64,000 nucleotides of DNA from Camelus ferus (lineage: Eukaryota), in the NCBI RefSeq assembly GCF_009834535.1, contig NC_045697.1, forward strand, positions 21,826,001 through 21,890,000. The letters run 5' to 3'. Below the pieces are notes generated by a model, which made no database searches, was not told the origin of the DNA, and saw only the letters and a list, made by a program, of their open reading frames with translations. This document shows positions 41,685 through 54,015 of this stretch, piece after piece. The position numbers and the translations under genes were made by a program. Positions within the stretch are counted from its first letter, which is position 1. Each line of letters starts with the position of its first letter.

Positions 41685-42801
41685 CTGTATGGTTAAAATG
41701 ATGCCAAACTCAACACAGAACGTATAACCCTGAGGTAATCAGGCCACTGGACTGGAAGCATTATTTGTGAAAAAAATAATTGATGTAAATAAATTTTCTA
41801 TCTTTATACATATATAACAAGGTGACAGCTGAGAGAAAGCTGTGCTCACATTTCTCATGGACCAGAGATTTGGAGAAGTTCGTGAAATACTGCCATAGGG
41901 CTATGCAAGATACATATAATAATGTGTTGTAATTTGTAATGTCACTAAAATGAGACCTAATGCTAGTCTCCTTGTGTCACTTGTGAATTAATTTAATCCA
42001 GTGATAGCCCAGCTTATTCAAAGGTCCTAGCTTAACCACTCCCAGCTAGCAGGCCACATACTGTATTCATTTGTGAAAAGATGAAAAGGGAAAGAGATAG
42101 AAACATACTCCAGCCCTACTGACTGTCTGACCAACTGTGTACTCTCACAAATGAAATATGAGGAGTTCTTCTTGTCTAAGTTTCTCTGAAATTCCACTGC
42201 AAGAAATAAATCTTTCCTGAACCCCAAAGAAGATCAGCATGCCTACCTTTATATAACTTCAGAGAGCCACATGACATATCTTCTGGTTTGGATCCCCAAA
42301 TATCTTTCACCTTGAATCTTATGTAAGTGTTAGACGCTTAACCACCACCTTGACTCCCCCAAAGATCAATGACACACTTGCCCTTGAGTTATAGGGAGCT
42401 CCTGCTAGGCTACATATAGCTCTGTCAGGGAATGAAAAGAGGTGAAGTAGAAAACAAAAAAATTTATTAATTCCTATTATATGTCATACCTTGTGGCTTT
42501 TACATGCAGCATTGATCCTGTTTTATAGTAGAGAAGACAACATTTCAAGAAATTTGCCCTAAGTCCCACTGTCACATAAGCAGCAGTGACAGTGCTTAAA
42601 ATCAAATCTTCTAACTCTAAATTCAGAATCCTTATTTCACCATGGTCTTTAACTGTGGTGCCTTTTTCTCTCTACAACAGAGTGCTGGTTTCAACAAAAA
42701 CAACTAAAATTCCTGATTTCCAAAACCCTTATGCAACAAAACTTAGATGGCAATTTTCTTTTCTGCCGACAAATAAAGAGTTTTAAGGAGGCAATACCAC
42801 A

Positions 42802-43900
42802 TGTATTAGTTATCTAGTGCTGCTAAAAAAAAATTCACAAACTGAAAAGTGATAAACTTTAAAAGTGGCTTGAAAAAATGTTACTGAGTCCAAACTCATT
42901 CTGCTTGTGACATGACAGGCCAACAAATCGGGAGATGAAGTGCTGGGGCAAGGAATAACGACTTTATTCAGAAAGCCAGTAGACTGAGAAGATGGCAGAC
43001 TAATGTTCTGTAGAACCATCCCCAAGTCAGAATTCAGGCTCCTTTTATACTAAAAAGGGGAAGGGCAGTGTGGTTGGTTGTTGCAAATTTCTTGGTGTCA
43101 GAATCCTTTCTTCTTGCAACTGTCCACATAGGTGTAGGTCAGGTCATGATGTTCCTGTAAATCTCCAACAAGAGAAATGTTATTCTGTTTTGAAACTTTT
43201 TTATCTCTATGTGAGCGGAAAACTGTTATACCCTTAAAGGTCAGGGCCTTGAGAATGGGTTCTCCTGTATATTTCAGGCTCTAGGCAACATTCTTTTACA
43301 AAAGGTGCAGAGCCAGCATGACTAAGCCAAGGAAACAGAGCACAGGGTTAGAGCTAAAGGAAGAGATCTCATATGGAATCAGATTTGTTCTTCCCTGTTA
43401 CAAAATCACATTTATTATCTCACAGTTTCTTTAGTCTAGGGTCTATACTTGAGCTCTCCTCAAGGTTACAATCAACATGTTCACCAGGGCTGGGTTTTCA
43501 TCTGAATTTCCCCGAGGAAGGATCTGCTTCCAAACCATAGTTGTTGGCAGCATTCAATTCCTCACACGTTGCCGGAATGAGAAATCTCAGTTTCTTGTGG
43601 GCTATCGGCGTGAGGCTGCCCTCAGCTCCTTGTCACATGGTCCCCTCTTTATGAGAGCTCATGACATGATAGTTTTCTTCTTTAAAGTGAGCAAAAGAGA
43701 GAGCATCCTCTAGTAAGATGTTACAATCTTATGTAGCAGAATTCAGTGCAGATGATCAACCACGTAAGCCCCATCATCCTTGTCGTAATCTTTTGGGTAG
43801 GAGTAAACCACAGGCCCCATCCACAATTAAGGAGTAGAGATCACAAGAGAATGAACATAGGGAGGTGGAGATCATGCAGACCACCATCAGAAACAGTTTA
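42802..43900 (-). mobile_element. MaLR LTR (MLT1E/F-like) split by an ERV LTR
   Basis: 'tgtattagttatcta...agtggcttgaaa' resumes after the insert as 'cacatttattatctcacagtttc...gttgttggcagcattca'. Confidence 0.75.
42879..43402 (-). mobile_element. Relatively young ERV1-class solo LTR (cetartiodactyl MER41-like)
   Basis: 524 bp with TG...CA ends. Minus-strand TATAAAA (43043-43049) lies upstream of AATAAA (42963-42968); flanks aaaa/aaat. Family name is from memory. Confidence 0.8.
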
Positions 43901-43964
43901 TTATATCACCTATTAATGAGATTTTTAGACTCAATTTCTTCACTTATAAAGTAGGAATATTAAC

Positions 43965-44395
43965 TGTACTAGTTTCCAGGGCTGCATTAACAAAGTACCG
44001 CAACTGGGTGGCTTAAATAACAGAAATTGGTTTTCTCAGTTCTGAAGGTTAAAAGCCCAAGATCAAGGTGGACAGGGCTGTTTTTCTCAGGTACTGGAGG
44101 GAGAATCTGTTCCATGAATCTCCCTTAGCTTCAGATGTGTTGCTGGCATCTTTGGCATCCTTGGCTTGTAGAAGCCTCACCCTGATTGCTGCCTTCATCC
44201 TTACAGAGTGTTCTTCCTGTGTTCCTGTCTTTCCAAATTTCACTTTTTTATAAGGACCCCAATTATATCAGATCAGGGTCCACCTTAATAACCTCATTTT
44301 AATTTGACTTCACCAAATAAGTCACATTCTAAGGTACTGGGGGTTAAGCTTCAACATATGAATTTTGGGAGGACACAGTTCACTTTAATGCTAAC
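43965..44395 (-). mobile_element. MaLR solo LTR (MLT1B/C-like)
   Basis: 'aacaaagtaccgcaactgggtggcttaaa...ttataaggac...gtcacattctaaggtactgggggttaag'. Confidence 0.85.
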
Positions 44396-45044
44396 GGTAC
44401 CTGTCATCAGCCTGGTCAGGAGAATTAGAGATTTATGTTAAGCCTTAGTACATGGCCTCTCATGTGGTAACTTCTCAGAAAATGTGGATTATGATATGAT
44501 TATAATTAATTTTGGTTCTCCTATTTTGAGAAAAGACTCCTCATTTTTCAAAGAGGATAACAGGATATCCTTCAGTATCAAGTTCTAGGCATGGGGACAA
44601 AGCTGCTGAACTGAGAATGAAATGTCATTAAATCCCTCAAAACTTAAGAAAACCACCAGCCACCTCCACCCAAAGTGGCTGAGAAGTGCCCTTCCCATAA
44701 ACACATCCTCACCTCCCCCCAAGATACAACTCTAGGACCCAGAGGGGAAAAGTTTGCCTTTGAAAGAATACAATGTTCCTGAAGATTGGAGGAAGAAGGG
44801 ATGCCTTCTCTCCCCAAAGCCAAGAGCATCCTCCTGAATAAGCAGCACAGGTCAGTTAATGTCTTAATCTTCTCGAGCTGCCAAAACGAAACAACATAGC
44901 CTGGGTAGCTTAACAGAAATTTACTCAGAGAAGTTTTCTTTAAGTTAACAGAATACAAGTTAAATTATCTGACCTTAGTTTGTGACCTTAGTCCAGTCAA
45001 ATAACTGCTATGTTTCTTCACTTTTAAATGTAAGTTGTTTGAAT

Positions 45045-45395
45045 AAGGGAAATATATCTTCTCACAGTTCTGGAGGCTAGAAGTCTGAATCAGGGTGCCT
45101 GCATGGCTGGGTTCAGGTGAAGGCTCTCTTTACAGCTTTCAGAGGGCTGCCGTCACACTGGCCCTTCCTCAGTGCTTGCAAGTGGAGAGAGCAAGAGACC
45201 AAACTCTCGGGTGTTTCTTTTTACAAGGGCACTAATACCATCATGAGATCCACACCCTGATGACCTCATCTAACTGAGTACTTCCCAAAGTCTGCATCTC
45301 CAAGTAACATCACCTGAGGGTATTTGGTATACTTTAGCGGTTAGAACTTTAACATATGAATTTTGAAGGGACACAAACATTCAGTTCCTAATGGG
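45045..45395 (-). mobile_element. MaLR LTR (MLT1A-like)
   Basis: 'ctcacagttctggaggctagaagtc...aagggcactaat...gggacacaaacattcagt'. Confidence 0.85.
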
Positions 45396-45515
45396 TAAGT
45401 TTTGCAGAGTGGGGACCTTGAGTGGGCAGGGATTGAAACTCCTGTAAGGATTTTGTTTGGCTCTTTCCTCCCTGCCTCATCTTCCAATGTCAGTGGTCCA
45501 CCACAGTAATGAATA

Positions 45516-45578
45516 GCCCTCTTGTGGAAGAATGTTCCAGAAAAATGGCCCTCTTGTGGAAAAATGTTCTAGAAAAAT
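45516..45578. repeat. Two-copy 32-bp tandem duplication containing a heat-shock-element motif
   Basis: gccctcttgtggaagaatgttccagaaaaat / gccctcttgtggaaaaatgttctagaaaaat. Confidence 0.9.
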
Positions 45579-45971
45579 TAAAGTTTTGGAAATGGTAACT
45601 TTCTTTGTCAATCACTTGATGTTCCCACCTTTAACTTTGGAGAGTAAAGTACCTTTAATCTCAACAGCCATGAGTTGAAGAAGGGAGGGACACTCTTCCA
45701 TGGGAACTGCACTTCTGCAACACGTGACCTTCCTCCCACACAGGCCCCTCCTATGTCAACAGAAAAATAATTTGGTAGCATGTCACTTTTCTCCTGTTTG
45801 GTGCCTCTCAGCAAGCTAAACAGTGACGTGACAAAAACAGCTGGTGTTTTATCTGACAAGAGTGTGTGGGATACTGAACAGCTTTTGTCCCCAGATGTGG
45901 GCCTTAGTCATCAAGCCATGCACTTGGCAATTAACACTACCCTTGTATGAATTAGACACAAGCATAGAAAA

Positions 45972-46150
45972 ATGGCCTTAAATTTTAGCAAGCATCAAAA
46001 TGCATGGGGTTTCTTAAGCCACAGATCTCTGGGCCCCACCCCAAGATTTCTGATTTGGTAGGTTTGAGGAAGGGCTTAAAAATTTTGCCTTTTTAATCAG
46101 TTCCTAGGAATGCTGCTGTAACTAGTCCTGGGACCACCCCTGGAGAACCA
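45972..46150. mobile_element. MER5A-like hAT element
   Basis: 'ctgggccccacccc...tttctgatt...gggaccaccctggagaacca'. Confidence 0.75.
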
Positions 46151-46686
46151 CCAACATATTCTAAGCCCGGTGCATGGTACATTCTCCTATAAAATGGTAA
46201 GTCTTCTGTCAAGTTGGTTTATTACTAACTATCTTCAAAAGTTAAGATTTCATCAATTATATTTTATACTCAATAAAATTAATGCCTTACACTTTTTTTC
46301 TACTCCCTTACACAGTGAATGTTTAAAATGCATGTGGGTTTACTGACACTTACAGCACAGGATTTAAGGGTAATAACCACAGGGTTCTGGAGGGCATTTC
46401 ATGATCACTTGCTGTTAAGACCATGTATCTTTTATATTATAGCATCTCCCTCTTCAAAAGCAAAGTATAACAACCAGAATGTTAATAAATATCCTGATAT
46501 GTTCTCCATGAAGTCAATTTTGCTTAGTCAATTCTAGAGTCAAAGGCACCAGCTCTTCATTCAAAAAAAAAAGCCAATGAAATAGATTATTTAACATCTA
46601 CTTTTGCTTATAAGACTAAAAATGCATTTTAATTATGTGAGGAAATGTTCCTGATATGCACATCCAATATTCTCTTTTTCTTTTAG

Positions 46687-46748
46687 TCTGATTTTAGCTA
46701 TATTGAATTGGTAGTGATCTAAGTATTTTCTTCTTCTAAATATTGCAG
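46687..46748 (+). other. Candidate 62-nt non-coding or poison exon; its 3' edge is also a possible recursive splice site
   Basis: Acceptor 'ttctctttttcttttag|' and donor 'CAG|gtaagt'. Stops in all three frames. Confidence 0.45.
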
Positions 46749-49051
46749 GTAAGTCCTGAACTTAGAGGAAAGGCTATCAGAACTTTAGCTACAGCAGTAG
46801 TGGCAAGAGGGCTCTGTTAGCAAGTGTGTTAATTATTTATTCACACCTGGTTCACCACTGATTAACAAAACCTATTAAGGCCTTCCCTTGAAGACCTTGC
46901 TGTTGACATGTATTTGCAGCTGTTGTTGATTTTTTTCCAAATTAGCACATTATGTGTTTGTAAAACAGACAAAAAACAGCTGCAGTGTCTGAATGCATTT
47001 ATTATGTACTCTTCTCAAAATGCTATTTGGGTTTCCTAGGAACTGATGAAGTCAGAGTGAAAGGCACTGTTAACTTGTGCTTCTAGTACTTTTAGGTCTA
47101 GCAGAAACAAAGTTGAAGGAGTCACACTAAAACTTCAGCCTTCACTTTGGAAACAGATTCCACAGATTTCAGAAGACAAATGTTTAATAATGTGCATAAA
47201 AAGAAGTGTCACTCCACAGTAGTTTCCCTTTCAAGTCAAGAAAAAGCTAAAAGTGATTAAAAATGTAGATGGCTTTAGATGGACTTAAATGTTTATTAAA
47301 ATAGCATTACCTTGACTTTCATATTATGCTATGCTGAATGCTTTACTAGTTTTATAGTCCCTCCTAAAGCCATCTAGCTTCAGGCTGTAGTAGTAAAATA
47401 TTATTTTTAAAGGCTGGATTAATAACTGAAAAAATATTTTGATATTTAAGATCTTGATTGTTGCCACTATAAAGCAGCAACAAGCAAAATATCTTCCTGA
47501 AGTAAACTAACTGGCATTCAGTGGGGTTTAGAAATCATCCCATCTCCAAAGGGGCCAGCAGCCACACGGACACAAGACAACTTTCTAAAAGTCAAGGGAC
47601 TGTTTGCTTTCCTCCCCAGATACTGTGCAGACTCATCCCTCTTATATGAAAAGTAAATAAGACAATGAGAGAAGAGAAGGCATATTGAATTAAATTTCCA
47701 ACTGCACCTGCTTCTCTCCTCTTCCCTATACTCCAAAATCATGGAAAACTGCTTCCTCCTGCTGATCTTTCCACTATTCCAAGTTCCACTTTCCAGTAGA
47801 GAAGCTGTAGCGTGGAGGACAGACTTGTGTAACAGGCAGATGTTCTGTTATCGTTGCCAGCCCTGACAATACAACTTCCATGAAGCTGTACAAAGCTTTT
47901 TCAAATTTTAAGACCAAAAATATGCACATTCATCTTTATCAGAGACAGGTGTTGTCTAATTAGCATTCTCTGTTTACTTCATGGTTCTTGTCACAGATAT
48001 GCTTACTAGATCAGACATACACATCTGTCCCTGTTATTAATTATGCTGAAAAACACTAGATCATTTTAAATAAAATACCATAATATATTGCAAGGCCACA
48101 GCCCTTTGTTCTTGCTGTCTCCCTACCCGGAAACAAACTTCACATGGTTCTTACCTACATGACACTTGGCTGTGTGAGCCAAGTTAATGAATGGGAACAT
48201 GATAAACAGATGTCTACCTTAAGCAAAAAAAAAAAATGTATGAGTAGCCCACAGAGTTACTGGGAAAACTAGAACTAGAAAACCAAGAGAAGTCAAAGTA
48301 GTTCTCGTAGGCCCAGCAGCAGAGAACACATCCCCAGCACGAAAGAATTTATTTATCTTTGTCTAATTTGCCTGGTATGAAAAATTCTAGGTAGAAACTT
48401 TTGATAGATTCATTCCCAGCACACTTCATTCCAGCTGGCATGGAAATATGTACCTTGGGAAGTAGGATGTTTCTTCTTGCCAAAAAAGACACAATTGGGA
48501 GTTCCCCAAATGTTAAGAAGTGATATATAATTGTAGGAAGAAGAATGACAAATGCACCCACCAAATGACAAAGGCCCAGCTTAAGCCTGAACTGCCAAAT
48601 AAAACCTTTCTTAAACACTTCAATTTTATCATTTTTTTTCCCTTTTGACAACCTCAGGATTATCTAGATTTGCTGTCAGTTTACCACTTGCATGTATTAA
48701 GTCTATTTTAGAATTTTCTCACATTTATAGGTTAGCTTTTCAACCAGATTATTACTTCCTTGAAGACACAGAACATGTTCTAAATTTTTGTATTTTACCA
48801 CAACATACACACAACTCCAAACAGAGATAGCAGGGTGATTAATGGCTACACTGAAGCTGGGCCCAAATGAATATTAACAAGCATGACATCAATGAGACAA
48901 TACATAAGTAAAGTTATTTTTTAAGTGATACTGTTATAGCAAAATACTTATTTAAGGAAACTTTTCTAAGATACTCCTTCACAATGACTATTATTTATAT
49001 CTCAGGGATGAATTCCACTTGAATTCCACTTGATCATAATGTCTGAAGACC

Positions 49052-49572
49052 CAAATAAATACAATTATAAATGAAGGTAAAGACATAATACCTGATACCA
49101 CAGAAATACAAATGATCATAAGAGACTACTATAAACAACTATATGCTAACATACTGGACAACCTAGAAGAAATGGGTACATTTCTATTAACATACAACCT
49201 ACCAAGACTGAATCATAAATAAAGAGAAAATTGGACAGACCAATAAAAAACTGAGAAATTTGACTCACAAATAAAACCTTCCCAAAATAGAAAAGCCTAG
49301 GACCAGATGGTTTCACTGGTGAATTTTACCAAATATATAAAGAAGAATGAATGAAGATCCTAATCAAACTCTTCCAAAATACTGAAGAGGAGAGAACACT
49401 CCCAAACACATTTTACGAGGCCAGCATTACCAATACCAAAGTCAGATAAGGAAACCATAGAGAAATAAAACTACAGGCCAAAATCCCCAACAAACAGAGA
49501 TGCAAAAATTCTCAACAAAATACTAGCAAACCAAATTCAACAGCACATAAGAGGCTCGCACACCATGATCAG
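49052..49572 (+). mobile_element. Internal L1 ORF2 fragment
   Basis: 'gataccacagaaataca...ggaccagatggtttcactggtgaatt...gatgcaaaaattctcaacaaaatactagcaaac'. Confidence 0.9.
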
Positions 49573-52019
49573 CTAATTTTTGTTGTGTGTGCAACTCTTG
49601 GTTGCACTGCATTATTAATGCAAGACTAGATTTGTTTTTTTCTGTGACTCATATCATTGTGGTAGACTTAAGTTAAAGACATCTTCTAAATACAAGTGTA
49701 TCTGATGTAATCAATAGATCTTTTAAATTGTGTACACAGAGAATATTCTAGCCTGAGTTCCTTAAAAAAATTGAGTATAAAAGTTACTGAAATAAGGAAG
49801 GATGAGAAGGATTTCTCTGGCTTCTTAATCATCCATGAAGCAACCCAGAAAGTGAATGGCAGATGTGTCCATTCAGCCGAGTGGTATATATACAGATCTG
49901 CTAAGTGGAGAGACCATGTCTTTGGCAGGGATACAGAGGTACCTCTACCCAGACCCCTACTGTTGCCTATTTCCATTAGTCAAATTTCTCCTGACAGTCG
50001 TCTAACTCCACTGCATTTCTGATCACTGCTGGCCAATGTGGCCTCTCAAAACCTGGTTATACCTTCCTGCTGGGTATGGCATTCTTGGAGGAGGACACAA
50101 AAACTCTCGAGTATAGGGCCAGCTATCCTAGGTGGAGGAACCCCAGATTTGGGCAGAGGAACTTACTCAGAAAGCCAGTGTCTGCAGGTTCTAGAGGCAA
50201 TGCCAGGGGATATCTGAAAAAGTGCATAAAATGTATTATGAAATTTTTGTAAACAAAGATTATTTGAAATGCAATAAAGCAATGACTATTTGGTGTGTAC
50301 ATGCATTAGCATCACCTGTGGATCTTGGTTAAACCCCGCATAAATGAATTAAGTGATTATGACACTCGTTGGGGAAATCACAATTTAAAAAATACACAAG
50401 GTGGTCTTTAGACGTGAGTCATCATCTCATAGTTTTCTTGTTTGAAGAAAAAATGATTTAATTATAATTTTAAAAAAGAGGAACACCTTCACAACATAAG
50501 ATGTCTATCTTCTGTTCAAATATTTGTTATTTTGTTTAGGTCTTCAAAAAAAATTCAAATAATACTAAACTTAAATGAGCAGTTTTTTACCCCATACACA
50601 CACACAGACGTACATAAAGCTACACTATATTAAATAGATGTATAAAGTTATCCTAGAAATACAAGAATCCTTTTTTAGACCAGGATCATTTGAATTGTAA
50701 TCTCATTTAGCCAACTGAAATTTAATTCAATTTTTAAAAAAAATTAATTAAATATCTGCCAAATTTTCAAGCATATCCATTACACATAAAAAAGTATAAC
50801 TGTGCATCATATTTTTCTAAAGTTTATTAGGGACTGAACCACTATTTTCCACTGACTCTTAAAGAAAGAAAATCAGAATGATTATTTTAATTCTAACCTG
50901 CTGCTCAACGTACCAATTAAGATTAGAACAACTGTGTTTTTATTTCTTTTGTTAGTTTTAATTTTAGCTGGTAGAATGTGAACTGAATATTTTTTCTTTT
51001 AAAAAAGCAAATTTTCTTCTTTTTTTCAAAAACACAAATATGCCACTGAATTTGATTGTATATTTATGTATATAAAAGCTGTCATTTTTACTTCAACTCT
51101 TCATTTCAAATCTCAACCCTTTTGTGGGAAAAAATACTTTCCATCCAAAAATCATAAATCTACCCACAGCAAAACAATAAAGAAAAAAGGCATTTTGATT
51201 TTTTTAAGCATGAATGTCATCTCTATATATAGGGAAACTTAATTGGTTGCAAATATTGAGTCAGATTCTCCAACATTCAGCAGAGTTTGATTGCAGATGA
51301 TTTCAAGTCTGTTAACTCTTTCATGGAGGAGTTTCTCTTATATAAACTATTTAAAAATTTTAAATGTTGTACTTTTGGTTATTGGAAAGTATTAAGCTTT
51401 GATCAATAAATAAGCCACTATTTTAATGTCTCTAGTCATACACAGTGGCTTTTATTTTTTGAGCTCTTTTGCAATTTTTAAAAAAAATATTTTAATGGAT
51501 TTGAAGCATCTAATTCAGTATTATGAACCCTGTATGTATAAAAAATAGCAACTGATGAAAATGATGATGATAATGATAATAATGATGATGTGTTCATGAT
51601 TTCAGTAGCTCTCACATTCACATTTTTTGAGAAGTTCTTGGTGTATAATGTATTGCTTTTTCTTCTAATAAGAGCCTTTTGCTACTTCCAAGACCCACAC
51701 AGGCTTTGAATCATTTACATATCCAATTATGCATTTGTATTGTAAACTTTGTTTTCTAAATCTATATAGAAGAGCTCTGAATCATTATTTCCCTATTTTA
51801 AATCCTTATTTTTAAATTTCAATCTATAAATACATGGAACTTTCTAAGCAATTGTGAATCCTTCATGTAATTTCCATTTGGCAAAAGCCAATCTGCTCTT
51901 TCTTGAAAGTGAAAAAAAAAATCACCCTTTAAAATTGTAAAATACTATCCTATAGGACTTCATAACATTTTTAATGAGTTTCTTGCAACTTTATAATGTC
52001 CTATTAGGAAAATCTCAGT

Positions 52020-52270
52020 TCCAGAGACAGACATCAGGAGTATGTACTGCCTCAAACAAATACTGCCTCTGCTATATACATATGTGATGCACACGTATGA
52101 CACTGAGCACATCATTTAGCTGTCCTGTGTTTCAGTTCTTTCCTGTATAAAGCAGAGATAATAGGGCTGTTTTGGGAATAAATTTAATGAATATACGGAA
52201 AGAAGTTAGAAAAGTGTCTGGCAAATAATCTGGCGGTATGTTAAATGTAGGCTTATGTCTTGATTTATAT
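52020..52270 (+). mobile_element. MIR
   Basis: 'ctgtgtttcagttctttcctgtataaa...aaagtgtctggca'. Confidence 0.6.
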
Positions 52271-53689
52271 TATGTCTCACTGTTATTTGTCTGAAAGTTT
52301 TTCACATTGACTTATAGTGCAATATTTGCTAGGAACACATGCCGTGCTACGTATCAGAGAGGGCGGAGAAATGTCATACTCTACTGGATGCATTGTATAC
52401 ATACTATGTATATTCCAGCTCTGCCTTTAAAATTTAATAAGTCCAAGTTGAAACTGAAAAGTTTAGCCAATATACTTATTTTTTATTATTTATTTACTGT
52501 CAGTCATCCACACATTCTGAACCTTAGATAAATAAATAAAAAATCACTCTTCTTGAATTGATACATTAATTATACAATACTATCATTCACTCAACAAATA
52601 GTATTTATTAAACACTAGTTAGGCACCAAGCATTGTGTTAGGCTTAAGTCATACATGGAAATTATTTAAATGACACCTGAGATCTACCCATCTAAATATA
52701 CATGTAAGGAAAAAATTATTATACAAATTAGGAGGGATACTCTGTGTGGACACAGTGCTGGGAGGAATGCTTTTTGAGTTAGGGGGATGACTGAAAAGGA
52801 GAGTCAAGAAAAATCCACAGAAGTATATATTAAATGACATTTAGTAACAGACAATTACCTCATTCTCAATATTCAGTCAGTTAACAAGACTTATTTATTA
52901 ATTCCAACTGTCTTAAATTTTTCCTCTCCTGATCTTTTTTATCCTCCTTCTCTTGACTCCCTTTTACAGATTCACACTGCTAACACAACTAGTTCAAAAT
53001 CCTTAGCTGGCTTTTCTGATTTTGTCTCAACCACATCCAATTAATTATCCTATGAACTGTTAACACCAATCTAAACTTCTTCAAATGCTACATACATCAT
53101 GTTCCTCCTCAAAACCAAAATCCTTGTGTTTAGTAAATCAAATCTCAATTATTTGGCTTCATTTTTAAAATCAATTACAATTTAATCTTACTTTGCTTTC
53201 TGAATATATAATCTTCCTCTATCAGCCAATGTAGACCTTCCATTAAAGTTGGAATCAACTCCTCATGACCATGAAGACAACTTGTGACAAATCTGGAAGG
53301 GCCACCTTTAATATTGTTTCTCTGTGAGTGATTCTCTCGTGCCCATCCCCCATCCAAATACAGCCACTCATTGGAAATCCAACTTAAGAACTGCTTCCTA
53401 CTTGACACTCCTTAGCAACATCTTTCACTTGCTTCCCTATCTTCAGGTATTTTTAAACCACTGCACAGAATTTAGCATGTTGCTATGTGTATTATATGTC
53501 TGCTTCCTTGATTTTTACAGGATTCACAATAAACAGATGGTACAAATATAAGACAGTTTGTCAGTAATTCATTCAAGTAAAAATGACATTCCATGAAAAA
53601 AATACTAATTCAGCTCGCAATTGCACAAATGCTTTTCTTGTATGAAAATCATCATACTTTTTACATGTACTGGTTCCTACTGTGTTACA

Positions 53690-54015
53690 TAGAATATTAA
53701 AAAGATATGTACTCGAGTCAATATTTAATAAAATTAATAATTTTTACTGCTTCATCAAAGACATTTTTAAAGTGAAGCTGTCCTTTTTTTTCTCTTTTGC
53801 CAGAAAAATATAGTGAAAAATACAATGTCTAACAGTAACTCAGTTTGAAACCATTATCTTTATCCATAATGTTGCATCATCAGTGCAAAAATCAACAAGT
53901 GTAAAAGGCAATACCAGTTTACTATTATTTTGAAAGTAGGTTTGCCCTCACCAACATTCTAAAAGGGTCTCAGGGAATCCAATGTATCCATGAACCATAC
54001 TTTGAGCATCACTGT
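53690..54015. mobile_element. hAT-Charlie element
   Basis: End 'aaagggtctcaggg...accatactttgagcatcactg'. Confidence 0.55.
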
